In this document: positions 38,807 through 50,005 of the stretch, piece after piece
Numbering within the stretch: position 1 is the stretch's first letter
Layout of the letters: each line of letters starts with the position of its first letter
NCBI GenBank assembly: GCA_965178125.1
Contig: OZ237742.1
Coordinates: 744,001-808,000, forward strand
DNA length: 64,000 bases
Origin: Bilabrum cf. latius
Taxonomy: Eukaryota
Direction of reading: 5' to 3'
Notes under the pieces: generated by a model
The model's database searches: none
Told to the model about the DNA's origin: nothing
Seen by the model: only the letters and a program-made list of their open reading frames with translations
Translations under genes and position numbers: made by a program

Positions 38807-39907
38807 AGATGTGATGGACTTTCGCCCAAGGCTGTGCATGGGTGGCTGTGTGTGGCGCTCGGCCCGTTGCCGTCCTGGCGCAACTTGCCGCACAAAAGCC
38901 TTCTCGAGACACCATCGACATGACTAAGGAAGTAAAGTTTGTTCTTGTGGCATTTTATTGGAGGTCAGTTCCTGCGGACGGCAGAAAAGGCTCTGTTCAA
39001 GGAGATTACCACCTTCTCTGTGCGGCATCCCAATCGCGTGCAGCCAAAAAGGAAAACCCCGCTTTCTGTCTCGTCCGACAGGGTAATTAAGATTTGAATC
39101 AAAAAGTTGTACAACGGCCTGCATTCTGTTTCATGGCCGGCAGCGACCAAGAGCCACCACCACTGGCCCGGAATCGTTGGGAGCGACACCACCCTCAACA
39201 TGCGACAAGTAGTTTCAGTAGTTCTGGACCTGTAGCAGTGCTCAAGCAGTACTGCTCGTAATATTCAGAACATCTTGTTTATTTCCATCGTTCGCTGGAA
39301 TAATTTTGCCGAGAAAGGTATATATAGCGAGCAGTGGCTCAGCGACAGCTTTTGCTGCCGATCGACACGGTTGTCTGTAGAGAGACGCGACCGTGTGTCT
39401 AGCTCCGCTGGAGGTGCCAGTAATACTAAGTAAGAGCTGTATTGGAGTACTGCGTGGAGTATAGTCGCGTGTAGTCGCCGTGCAAGCGGTTGGGAACCAC
39501 ACTGACCGTGTGCCACTCGTGCCTTCGCGTATGGACCCTAGCGCTGATTTCGTCGTATTGTAAGGTTTTCTTGGGCTATATCCGGCCCCAAAACTGCAAT
39601 TATCATCTAAATATGTCGTGAATGACCCATTAATGCGCGACATACGTTCGTATGGTCGAGGATGGCACATGGCGGTCGGGGTGGTGTATTCGGGCAGCTG
39701 AATGTCCACGTGGGCTTGCCAAGGCAGAGATGGTCGGCCAGCACCGATTCCTGGCTGATGATGAAGTTAATTGTACTTTATTCATTCTAGTACTGCGCTG
39801 TAGCAATATCTGTCTGCTCTAGTGCAGCATCTTTGTCGTTCCGCAGGTCCGAGCGAGATTCGCATCACCGCAGCTCTTTATCCGGGTATTTCGACCTCTA
39901 GGTAGCA

Positions 39908-40825
39908 ATGAGCGACCCGAGTGAAGTGGAGCACCCAATCACCTTCGAAGAGTTCGGCATTGCTCGAGAGCAGGCATCATCGTCTGCAAGGACAGGCAAC
40001 GTTGAGAGAGTCCCAAGTCGAGGAACGTCAGCTGGCGTGAAGCGCTGCTCATTTCGGTTGCGCATCAGGCTGTACGGTAAAATGCATAGGCAGACACTCA
40101 ATGATCTTGCTGGTCAGCCATCGCAAGACGAAATCGAGGCGAGCAAGAGCAGGGCAGCGCTTGGGCTCATGCGCGCACGATTCGACGAGTACCGCAGAGA
40201 CTGCCATGAATGCAGCGGGAAGCCTAGCGAGCTCGTCCTAGCCGTTGAAAAGGCGGTTTTGAAGCTTCGCAGGGCCAGAGGTCGACCCTCGTCGCTCGGT
40301 TCTCGTGGCAGCCGTCCTCCGTCGTTGAGCGATTGCGCCGTCCACACAGTAGGCGTCCAAGGTCGCGCCGGGGTGTCCGCGGGGCGATAGGTTACAGCGT
40401 CAGCAACAGCTCGAGGTACTACGCAACACGAGCCTCGGCGGACGAGCCCGCTCAAAGGCGCCGCGTTTGACCATGCATGGAGAAATCGGTCGGGGTCAGT
40501 ATCGGGCGGCGGTGCCCTTGGGCCCCTCCCGGGAGTGCGAGCCTCGGCCAATGCTGGACAAGGGCTTCGATCCCAAGGAAAACTTTCTCTAGGGGTGAAT
40601 TTAGGTAGTGTGGTGCCTCCATCAGGTGTATTGCCACGGATGCCCCATCGTGTGAGAGCTGCCACCACCTTACACCTGCCGGCGCTCGGTCGCTTCTGCT
40701 TGGCACTTTCCTTGCCTCCCCACCGGCTCCAGACGGCTCTGATTGATTGTTTCATTCCATTGCAGGAATTGAGTGCTTTGCATTCCTCCAGGCAGGCCCC
40801 GATCGCCTGGCACCACGGTGAGTGA
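39908..40825 (+). CDS. Hypothetical protein
   Basis: ORFs 39908-40390 and 40535-40825 are in frame, joined by one TAG; ends at TGA or a GTGAGT donor. No homology recognised. Confidence 0.45.
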
Positions 40826-41187
40826 AAACCGGTTTTAATCTTCTTCAAGTGAAAACCGGTTGCAACCACGCTGTGACGGAACAATCAGGTGAACGTTTGG
40901 CGGGAGCACTTGGTGCGCTCTATTTCACCCAATCCATTTCTACTCGTATTTTGGCCAGCTGCGCAGGTCTTGGAGACCCAAAAGCAGAATATAATCTTGC
41001 ATAGTAGTGTGAGCACTAGTTTGCCCCTCAGCGCCGTGTTTACTTGGAAGGAACGACCCGCACCTTCGTGCACCACGTGCCAACTTGTGTGATGCCAGCA
41101 CCATCAATCGCAACCCTCGCAGTGCTAGGTCGTAAACGTAGCCTATCTGCTGTCATTTTCTATACTGGGTCGTCCAACAAGGCTGGT

Positions 41188-43623
41188 ATGGCGGCGCGGG
41201 ATGAAGGCTCAGCTGGATCACCGGCATCTGTGGTGCAGCAGACGCACCCACCACTCTCATTTGCGCAGATCGTATGCGCATGGCTTGGGAACCGCAAGTC
41301 AAACAACATTCCATCGGAGCAATTTTCACCGAAGTCATGCGTGAACAAAATTGATCAGAAGGGCCGAAAGGCGCCAACACTGCGGGTGAATGTCCTCAAG
41401 CACAGATCATTCGTCCGGCTACACATAGATGCAAGCATTGTAGGGGATGATGATTACAGTAGTGATGCTAACAGCGATAGTGGATAGTCGGAATCCCATC
41501 GGAGGACGTCAATGAGATCAACTGCCAGCAAGCGAGGGTCGAAGAGTGCGGGAGTCGCCGATGCTCGGCCAGCATCCAATTATGGCACAGCAGCGAGTCG
41601 TTAGATAGCCGCAGAGCTTCGAAAGGTTCTAGAGATGGTGTTTAGAGCCCAATTCGAAGCGAGCGACAGGGCGCAAGAGATTCGGGAGCTCGGCGCACAG
41701 CAGCTGGTGCGAGCGAACAGGCGATCAATTACCGAAGACAGCGTGCTCGCCCGCACCTGCCTGGAGCTGCTGCGCTCCGTAGACCCCGCACCATTCCCAG
41801 AAGTTCCCGACCAGAAACAATGCGCGAAGCACCAGGCAGTTATGGCGCAGTATTAGGTGCGAGCACCGGCCCAGGCCATGCAGCCATCTCCACCCACGGG
41901 CAGCAGCAGCAGTAGCAGCAGCGTCATCAGCCACGCGGCCAGGGGCAAAGGCAGAGGCAAGGCTGGCGGCAGCAACAGCATGAAAAATAGCTCAACCTAG
42001 CCTCCCGAAGCTCATGGAGACCAAGGGCTGGCGTTGAGCGAGGCAGATGCTGCGGCTGCCCTATGCGCGGTCGGGAGCATCTCAACCGACAACAGCCCAC
42101 GGTCAGGCGCAGCCAACGAAGCGGGCATAGGGGGAAGCCTCTCTCCTTGCAACATGCATGGGCAACAGCCCATCGGAAGCCTTCCCATGCACCATCCAGG
42201 AGCGACGGCCTTCGCGCATGGGAGCATCGACCACGCGACCCGGGGCGATCACGTCGACCAAGGAACGCTCTATGCGACCCAAGGAGCCTTCCAACAGGAC
42301 CAGAGAGGCATGCTACATCCTAGCTAGCTGAATTCGAGCGGTTATCCACCCGTAGACGTCGGTTCGTCTGGTCACCAGAGGCCAGGCATGCACCTTGGGA
42401 TGCAGCCGCAGGGTGCTGGTGCTGGTGCTGGTGACTCCCACGCAGCATCACGAATGGGAAGAGATAGCTCCATGTTTGCCCTGGCACGGGCAGCCGGTAC
42501 TGCCTCTAGCAGCGTGCATGCTACAGGAGGCAGCATGGGAGGCTCGATAGGTGGATTGGGCCGTGCCGGCTACACCACCACCGCCCGCTCCATCGATGGG
42601 AAGATGACCCTGTGGATGAGAGCCCACTCGCAGTGGAGCAACAGAATCCTCGATGCGATCGAGCACGCAAAGGTGCAGCCGGTCGCCGCCCCACGTGCGA
42701 CGATTGGAGGGCAGCATGAGACCTGTTTACTCCACATCCAGCTCAAGGTGCCCTTCTTCCGGCAAACCGCCTTCATCCCCAGCACCATTGTCTGCAAAGC
42801 CCCTCGGCCCGGTGCCTTCACAGTCAAGGTCACCGCATTGTACCCCGATGGTTTGTACAGACCAATACTGGTGGAGACAGATGCCTTGATAAGCGGCCTC
42901 ACCGCGGCAGCGAGAGGCGCCGCCGAGCGCACCATGCTCGACATGGAGCACGATGCGGTGTTCCAGCTCCAGCCCGGGAGCGAGCCCGTGTCCTACTTTG
43001 GCTTGCACATGGGTATTCTCGCGTGCGACCTGGAGGATTACCAGCAGCGTCTGTTCGAGCACTCGAGGCTGGCCTACCTCTAGCAGCGGCTGGAGGTTCA
43101 GCAGCAGAACCTAGCAGCGATGCAGGCGATGCAGGGCGTGCAGCGGGTGCCGCGCCCGTCGTTCGGTGCTCACAGAGCGCTCGCATTTCCGAACGGGCGC
43201 TTGAATCATGCTGCAGGCCTATCTAGTCACGGCCTTGGCCGAGGCTGGCCTCGAACGACGTCTGCGGTGATGAACGGGCTTCTTCAATCGCAGGCCAGCG
43301 GCATGCAGCAGCAGCAGCAGCAGCAGCAGCAGCACCACCACCACCAGCCTTCTGGGGTTCGCTTTCAGACTGGCGCGCTACCAACCAGCTCCAGCTCCAG
43401 CTCCAGCTCCGGCTACGCCCCCGTGCCCATACACTCGGCGGGAATGCATGCAGGGTCTATGGGTGCTACAGCCACTGCTTCCGGCTCCGTAATCGCCCCG
43501 TCGTCCTCATCCAGCGCACAGTCGGCGGGAATCCTGTCGTTGGCTGCTGCAAGCGAGATGATGTCCGTGTCACAGGCGCATGCCGCCGATGCACCGACGG
43601 CGGGTGGTTAGCATGATACCCAT

Positions 43624-43668
<45 letters not shown>

Positions 43669-44520
43669 CACGAGCGAGATGCCAGCAATGATTAGACGGT
43701 CCAATCGAGCCCCGCGGGCATCGCACCCGCTCGAGCAGCCGTGAACAGCGATCAGACGGCTGCTACCGCCGCCACAGTGCACCAGCCCCCACCCCCGCTG
43801 GTTTGCTTATCGTCTGCCGCGAGTGCGCATGCTTCAAACCAAGTCGACACGTATGCGACTCTGGCCGCTCACACCCCAGCAGCGACTATAGAGCAGTCGT
43901 CACAAGTTGTGGCTCATCCCTCGGTGCATTCCCTCGGTAGCTCGTCAGGGAACAACTCCGAGGCAGCTCTCAGCAGGCTTTCCCGGGCACACGAAGATAT
44001 GGACGGTGTTTTCAGCGGGAGTGCGGGCAGCACCCCCATGGCGCTCATGTCCGCAGGGCAGTCCGCCGCGGCAGGACCCGAGCATCCACGTAGGGTGTCT
44101 CCGTGGAGGGCACTCATGGGGAGCGAGCAAGAACAGCAGCAGCAGTAGCAGTCAAGTGGGGCTGGGCACGGCCTGCTGATGCGTGGCTATGGAGTGACGC
44201 GGCATCCCGACAGCACTGTGCCGGCACTCGGTGCCAAACGGGGCCGGACCGCCACCGGCATCCACAGTGCCGCGCAGCTACACGACGGACGTGCCAGGAG
44301 CAGGAGTGTGCTCATTCAGGGCGGAGTCAAGCAAGTGCTCGAGGAAGACATGGTGGGCGGTGGAGCGGCTGGAGCGGCTGCTGCATCCAGCACGCCGGCA
44401 TCAGGTCATGCTGGGCTTGTGAGCGGCGTGGACAAAGAGGTTGCCACAGAGGGTGGCATGCCTTCGGCGAAAAGAGCCAGGGTGACTGGCCAATCTGGGT
44501 CGTCTTCGGGGTCCACCTGA
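41188..44520 (+). CDS. Gln/Ser/Ala-rich hypothetical protein (about 1110 aa), possibly a nuclear regulator
   Basis: Single frame through 9 TAGs, poly-Q/H tracts, globular-looking segment 42600-43100, PSAKRAR NLS-like end; TGA stop. Confidence 0.75.
43624..43668 (+). repeat. (CAGGCA)n coding microsatellite, about 7 units (Gln-Ala)
   Basis: Direct reading. Confidence 0.9.
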
Positions 44521-44895
44521 GTACCCTGCGCGGCGGACAGAAACAGGAGCAGTCAATTGAAGGCTGCATGATTATTGTATTCCGCGAATAGCGGGTGTTT
44601 CGAGAGGTGCGTGCGGGCTGGTCGTCTGTCATGGCGCTACCGCAAGGGTTGCTTTGCTTGTATGCTTCCTGGTTGCGCGTTTTGATTGTCGTGCTGCTTA
44701 TCCAGCTGGGATCCGATCCGAGACCCGATCCGATCTGATCCGATCCTACTCGGTCCGGCGGCACGTGAACGCTGCAACATTTTGCTTGCTCGTAGACTTA
44801 TTTACATTTTGGTGACTTCGCTAATTTGTTTCAGTTAGTCATGCTAGGCGGCAGCCCCGACCTGCGAGTGGAGCTGCACCACTCAAATCCCGCGC

Positions 44896-45027
44896 TCGTT
44901 CACTCCTCCACTCGAGGCCTCTTCTGTCCCGCCCCTGCATCGGCTTGCTCCTTTGCCCCATCGTTCACTCCTCCACTCGAGGCCTCTTCTGACCCGCCCC
45001 TGCATCGGCTTGCTCCTTAGCCCCGTC
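44896..45027. repeat. 65-bp tandem duplication of the IMPase 3' end
   Basis: TCGTTCACTCCTCCACTCGAGG at 44896 and 44961; 3 mismatches. Confidence 0.93.
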
Positions 45028-46107
45028 AAGGATCTGCTTGACCGCGCTCCAGCGGTGCTTGACCAGCTCATCCACCACTGCAGGGGGCAGCACGCTAGAG
45101 CCCCCGACCCTGGCCAGAAGCCCGAGCAGCTCTGCATGCACTGTTCCCTGGCCGTTGCTGGCGAGAATGTCCCTCGTGGGTATGCCGTACTCGGCGCCCC
45201 TCGTGTCCGTGCATTTGCCGCCTGCTTCGGTCACTAGCAGCGTGCCTGCACTGAGGTCCCAGCTGTTGAGATCGAGCTCCACGAATGCAGTGCACCTCCC
45301 GCACGCGGTGTATGCCAGGTGCAGAGCGGCAGATCCAAGGTTGCGGATGGCCAGAGCCTCTTCGGCGAGACCACCACTGATGATGTGCATCGTCTCCCTT
45401 GCCTCTCGCTGCGTGTGGTGGCCGTACGTAACTAGCGAGCGAGAAAGGTTCGTCACGCCTGCGTCCACGCGGATCGGCGAGCTATTGAGCCGCGCGCCGC
45501 ACCCCCTGACGGCGCTGAACATCTCGTCTCTGTATGGATGATATATGACACCCACCACCACCTGGCCTTTGTGCGCGACACCAATGGAGACAACAGAGCA
45601 CTTGAGGTCGAACACAAACATCCTGCGATGGGCGTAGTGAATTGCGCTTGGAACAGCTGGTGGCGGGCTAAGCAACCGAGGGCATCCCGCACCAAGTCTA
45701 TGCGTGGAATATGACTGCTATTCTCACGTGGTGCCATCGATTGGATCAACAATCCACAGGTACGTATCACTGTGCTTGTCAAGTGCCTCCTTACAAGCTG
45801 CCTTAGAAGCAGCTGATCCCGCGGCTGTGGACTCTTCTCCGAGCATGCCATGGTCCGGAAATTCAGTATTTATGCCTGATTCAATGACATCCTAGCAAGC
45901 CTTGTCGATTTTGGTCACTAGATCCTTTGATGAGCTTTTTTCCTCGATGCCCAGACCATCAGAGCCTCCACCCCGATCGAGCATGACTTTGCCTGCGGCT
46001 CTTGCAAACTTTTCAGCTGCAGCCAAAATCTTGCCCAGCTCTGCTGGGACTGTGGACTGAAACCCATCGGCATTCGAGGACATTTTCGGTTCAGACACCC
46101 CCGCCAT
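44965..46107 (-). CDS. Inositol monophosphatase (SuhB/IMPA family); intron 45727-45623
   Basis: DLVTKIDKAC*, LGEES, WIVDPIDGTT, RNLGSAAL, WDLSAG; TAG at 45892; ends TGA. Confidence 0.92.
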
Positions 46108-46339
46108 TGTACTTATAGTTCTACAACTCGACGAACGAAGACAAGTAGTAAGTTATGCACGAACTGCACGATATGCACCAGCAGTGCAAGGTGCGTGATA
46201 TACTGGAATGCCCGCGAATTATCAACATGAAACCTGATGAACATTGGCAATGCAGTGCACTTCGGATTGTCGAGAAAATGAATGTGCTTCTCTGCCCGGA
46301 AAGCGAACAATCTGTACAATACACAAACACTTGATCGCA

Positions 46340-47224
46340 TTAAATACCCCCAGCACGAGCTAAATCACTTGGGGCACCGGCCACAGTGCTACTCAACGCC
46401 TATGCGGGCGCCTGGCCGGCCGATCGAGCACTTGCTTCGCCGGCTCCCTCGCCGTGGTCCCCGCTAGGTCTAGCCGGACCCGAGTCAGCCGCCGCGCTCA
46501 CATCCCCTGATACGGCCATATCCGGACCAAAGAACAACTTGCTCGGTTCTATAGATCTCGCCTCTCGAATTCGAACCGGCAGAGCGTCGAGAAGCGCGTC
46601 GCATAAGTGAGCATCGTGCACGGTCCGGCATTGGAACTGCCCAGTGGCCAGAGCTATGCTTGCGGCTAGACGATGCTTACACTGCGTCATGCAGAGAGAT
46701 CCATATCAGATGCCAGAAAAGAAATTGCGCATGTTTGCGCTCGTAGTGATAACATGTCGCGTGCGTGCGCTTGCTCACCATGACAGCGGGCTTGCCAGCC
46801 GCGAATCTGGGGTTGGACAGGAAAGCAGGGCATGTGCACATGTTCTCCCAAACGCAGTACGCCTTTCGATCATCTTTGATGCCGCCAGGCCCACTTTCAG
46901 ACCGGGAATGATTCCCCCTCGACCGTCGAACCACGATGACCTCTCGCCCGCTCGGCTCTGCCTCCAAAAGGACGACACACCCCTTGTCGACGAGCTCAAG
47001 ACTCTTTTCCAACAAACCATCAGGAATGACAGAAGAAAGATCTCCCATAGAGTGCATATCAACTGCGCAGGAAGAGCGGTGTTCTCGTGAGTTTTGTAGG
47101 AATTGCAAGTGCAGCTTCACTTGGACTGTGACAAAAATCGAGGCTTACTTGCTCCAACACTTGCAACATGCTCCAACACATCAATTGCTAAGTCTTCAAA
47201 CGCTAGCTTGTCCCATGGATCCAT
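46340..47224 (-). CDS. ZSWIM7: SWIM zinc-finger protein (ZSWIM7/SWS1-like); introns 47148-47063 and 46778-46682
   Basis: LEKSLELVD, CTCPAF...MCKH SWIM motif restored by splicing; TAG at 46400, then TAA at 46340. Confidence 0.75.
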
Positions 47225-47985
47225 AGTGGCCTGAAGCAATGCCTGCGAATCGATTTGGACCGTGTTTGAATTCGCTCCGGATCCTCGCAGCTGGGCGCCG
47301 ACCACCGACCAAACTGGCAAGGCTGTAATGGTTGCACCTATCAATGGAGGTGCTTGCAGCCGTATTAGATCAAGGATAGCGCGTACACACTAATATTGGC
47401 GTCTAAATTCCATCATCGGGGCCACACACTTAGCGCGCGACGTGTTTGTGCCACACAGCATCCGCGACGAGCGATGGCCTATCGCGGCACGGGCAAGGGG
47501 CTGAGGGCGTGGCACTGCAGCCCAGACCGAGGGTAGCATCCAATGGCAAGCCGAAACTCACACGATACTGACGAATTAATGCATACAAAAAGAAAGGGTA
47601 GGCTCAAATTCATACAAAATGGTGCAAAGTAGCATCATCTACTCCCACGGCACGTGCTCCCAGCCCAGTCGCGCGCCCGTCGCACCCTCACCGCCGGAAG
47701 CCTTTCAGCCACCCATGTAGCGCGCTGTTCGCCCCGCTGCTAGTTGTGGGACTGATAGTACACATCGCTTGATACAGGAAAAGTACCGGCAACCCAGGTC
47801 GCTGGGTTTGCCCCGGCGTCCTCGAATCCCTTCTTCGGCTTCACCTGGCAGTGGGCCTGTTCGCAGCATTCGGCTGTGCAGCAGTGTGTGAAGACGCAAA
47901 TCGCGACGATGATGATATGTACTGTGCTCTTGCTATCCACCACAACCGGCATATGCTGCCAGTGGCCGACCGGATTGTGCGCCCG

Positions 47986-48415
47986 TCATGCGTCTTCCCC
48001 TGATGCTGCGGCGTCCATCTTCTTTGCCAGCTTCTGGAGGGCCTCCTCCCGTTTCGTCTTCTTCAAAGCTATTCGCATTTTCTTTTCTTCCTGCAAAACA
48101 TGAGAAAACCTACTCAAACAGTGATAGTGTTGGTAGCTGTTTGATGCACCGAGCCCAAGTACCACAAAATGTCCATAACGTCCTCACGCGGAAGCATCGA
48201 TCCATAGTTGCCTTAGGCTCATTGCAAGCCCCCAAAAACTTCATCACGGGGTTCTCTTTATGGCATTTGCTCATGGCTTGGACGTACTGCGCAACAGTGA
48301 TGCAGTGACTTCAGATTCTTATCGCTGTCGAGAACAAGTCAAACACCGGAGCTCATCAGCCGAATCAACGCACCTTGGCACATAACGGATGGTTCTTAAA
48401 CAGAGATGGGTGCAT
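47986..48415 (-). CDS. CMC2: COX assembly mitochondrial protein (CMC2-like, twin Cx9C); exons 48415-48374, 48286-48188, 48090-47986
   Basis: Spliced product MHPSLFKNHPLCAKYVQAMSKCHKENPVMKFLGACNEPKATMDRCFREEK; ends TGA. Absent from the ORF track. Confidence 0.85.
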
Positions 48416-49326
48416 GACTCGTAATATTTCCCTAAGATTATGACCACGCGGTCTCGGCCTTGGTAATTCGAAGCGAAGGTTCGCGAAGATAGAGGGTTCT
48501 AAACGGAACTACGGCCGTTGATGCTCAGCTCAGTTGTGAGCAGAGCTATAGAGACGTACTTTGTTTCCCCACCCGCCCAATACACGGCTGCGGGGCTTCA
48601 CTTTGGTCTAGTTTACTGCGTGTATTGATTACCCATTGCCCACCCGGGGGACGGCCCCCCAGATCCCCAAGATCCAGGGAACCGCGCCCCGGAGTGGCCC
48701 GTTTTCACCACTCACTCTGGGTGATACATGCGATTAGCTTTATCACTCTATGCGCGCGTCTCTATCAACCAGGCCAGGCACCGTACAGAAACATTTTTCC
48801 TGCTGTTCCGGGTTTCATTTTGGCAAGTAGGCAGGCCGTTCGGGCCCTGTCCTGTCTAGTAGTCGCAACTCGCCTCCGTTAAAACCCGTGGATATGTTGT
48901 CTGCAATAGCTGTACCGCCTTGAGGGCTACTCTCCATGCATCTAGCAGCTGGGGCAAGCTTGTTGCAACGAGCGGTCGAAGCCGATGAGCTGCATCGATC
49001 TGCCGCCTCCCGCGTGGAAAGTGCACTTCCTGGTGAAGGCCTGCTGCCTAGCCGCACGAAAAATCTAAAATTTGCCATGTCTAGATAGTCCTTGGAGGGC
49101 GATGCATCGCTTGTGGACTGCAGCCCTTGTCCTCACCTCGAGAGAGTGCATCAGTGCCCACTGGCAGGAGCCCAGGAGCCACATCTTGGCAGAGCTCCTC
49201 TCTGTGACATGCATAACCATAGCCTGTGCATTATATATACCAATCGAATCCAGAAACCGCGAGACAGCCCAGCGGCATCCTCTTGTCATGCATGCTACTG
49301 CCGCGGTCACACGACCGGCAGTCTTC

Positions 49327-49740
49327 TCATGTTCTTGCGTTGTCTTCGCGGGCCTGCTCATCAACCAAATCATTGAATTGATGCTCAGACTTTCCCGTGT
49401 CGCTAGTAATGGCCACCCCATCGGGCTCCTCTTGATGTATTTTGCGCATCTCTGCCTCCCAGTCGATTCCGATGGCCTCTGCCACATGCTTCTTCAGACG
49501 ATCTTCATTGGCTGCAAAAGCTAGGTAGAGAGGGAGAGTTACCAAGGAGACTGCTCCTCCAATGATGACAGCTCGTCTGGTCTAGCCGGCAGCAAACCCG
49601 AACAAAGCAGCGGTGCCGGTGCCGGCCGTCAAATAATTGTATACCGGCATGTTCTTGTTGTAGTATGCCAATCCACGCTCAATCGTTGCAAAGCAGACCC
49701 CAAATGCAAGGTGTCTGCCGAGTCTTGCGACTGTTGTCAT
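49327..49740 (-). CDS. Tim17/Tim22/Tim23-like membrane protein (5' end uncertain)
   Basis: FATIERGL...NYLTAGTGTAALFGFAAG*TRRAVIIGGA; two in-frame ORFs joined by TAG 49582; ends TGA. Confidence 0.55.
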
Positions 49741-50005
49741 TCTCAGCACGCTTGTGGAAGCAAAACTACATCGTCTGCAACTACAGTTCAAAATACCACC
49801 TTACAATGATTGAAAAAATCAGCGTAGCTTTACGCGCACTTTTACTGTGGTAAACAGGGGAAATATGCAAGTAAACCCATCATCGACTAAATCTAGCAGT
49901 GTTTCATCCAGTGCTTCGGCTTCTCAACCTAGAGGATCAGTTTCTAGGCCAAAGTAGGCGAAGCCAAAGGCGCTCCGGATCATATCTTCAAAGTCCAAGC
50001 AAGAA

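Noticed and set aside
39242-39709. 155-aa minus-strand ORF
   Set aside because: No recognisable homology, non-ATG start and intergenic-like composition.
44709-44746. (GATCC)n degenerate pentamer run
   Set aside because: Short simple repeat between convergent genes; no evidence of function.
48510-48720. tRNA D-arm-like GCTCAGTTG, U3-like GACGTACTT and GC-rich hairpins
   Set aside because: No T-arm (GTTCRA) or acceptor stem and no U3 box A continuation; I found no tRNA, including tRNA-CUA, in the window.
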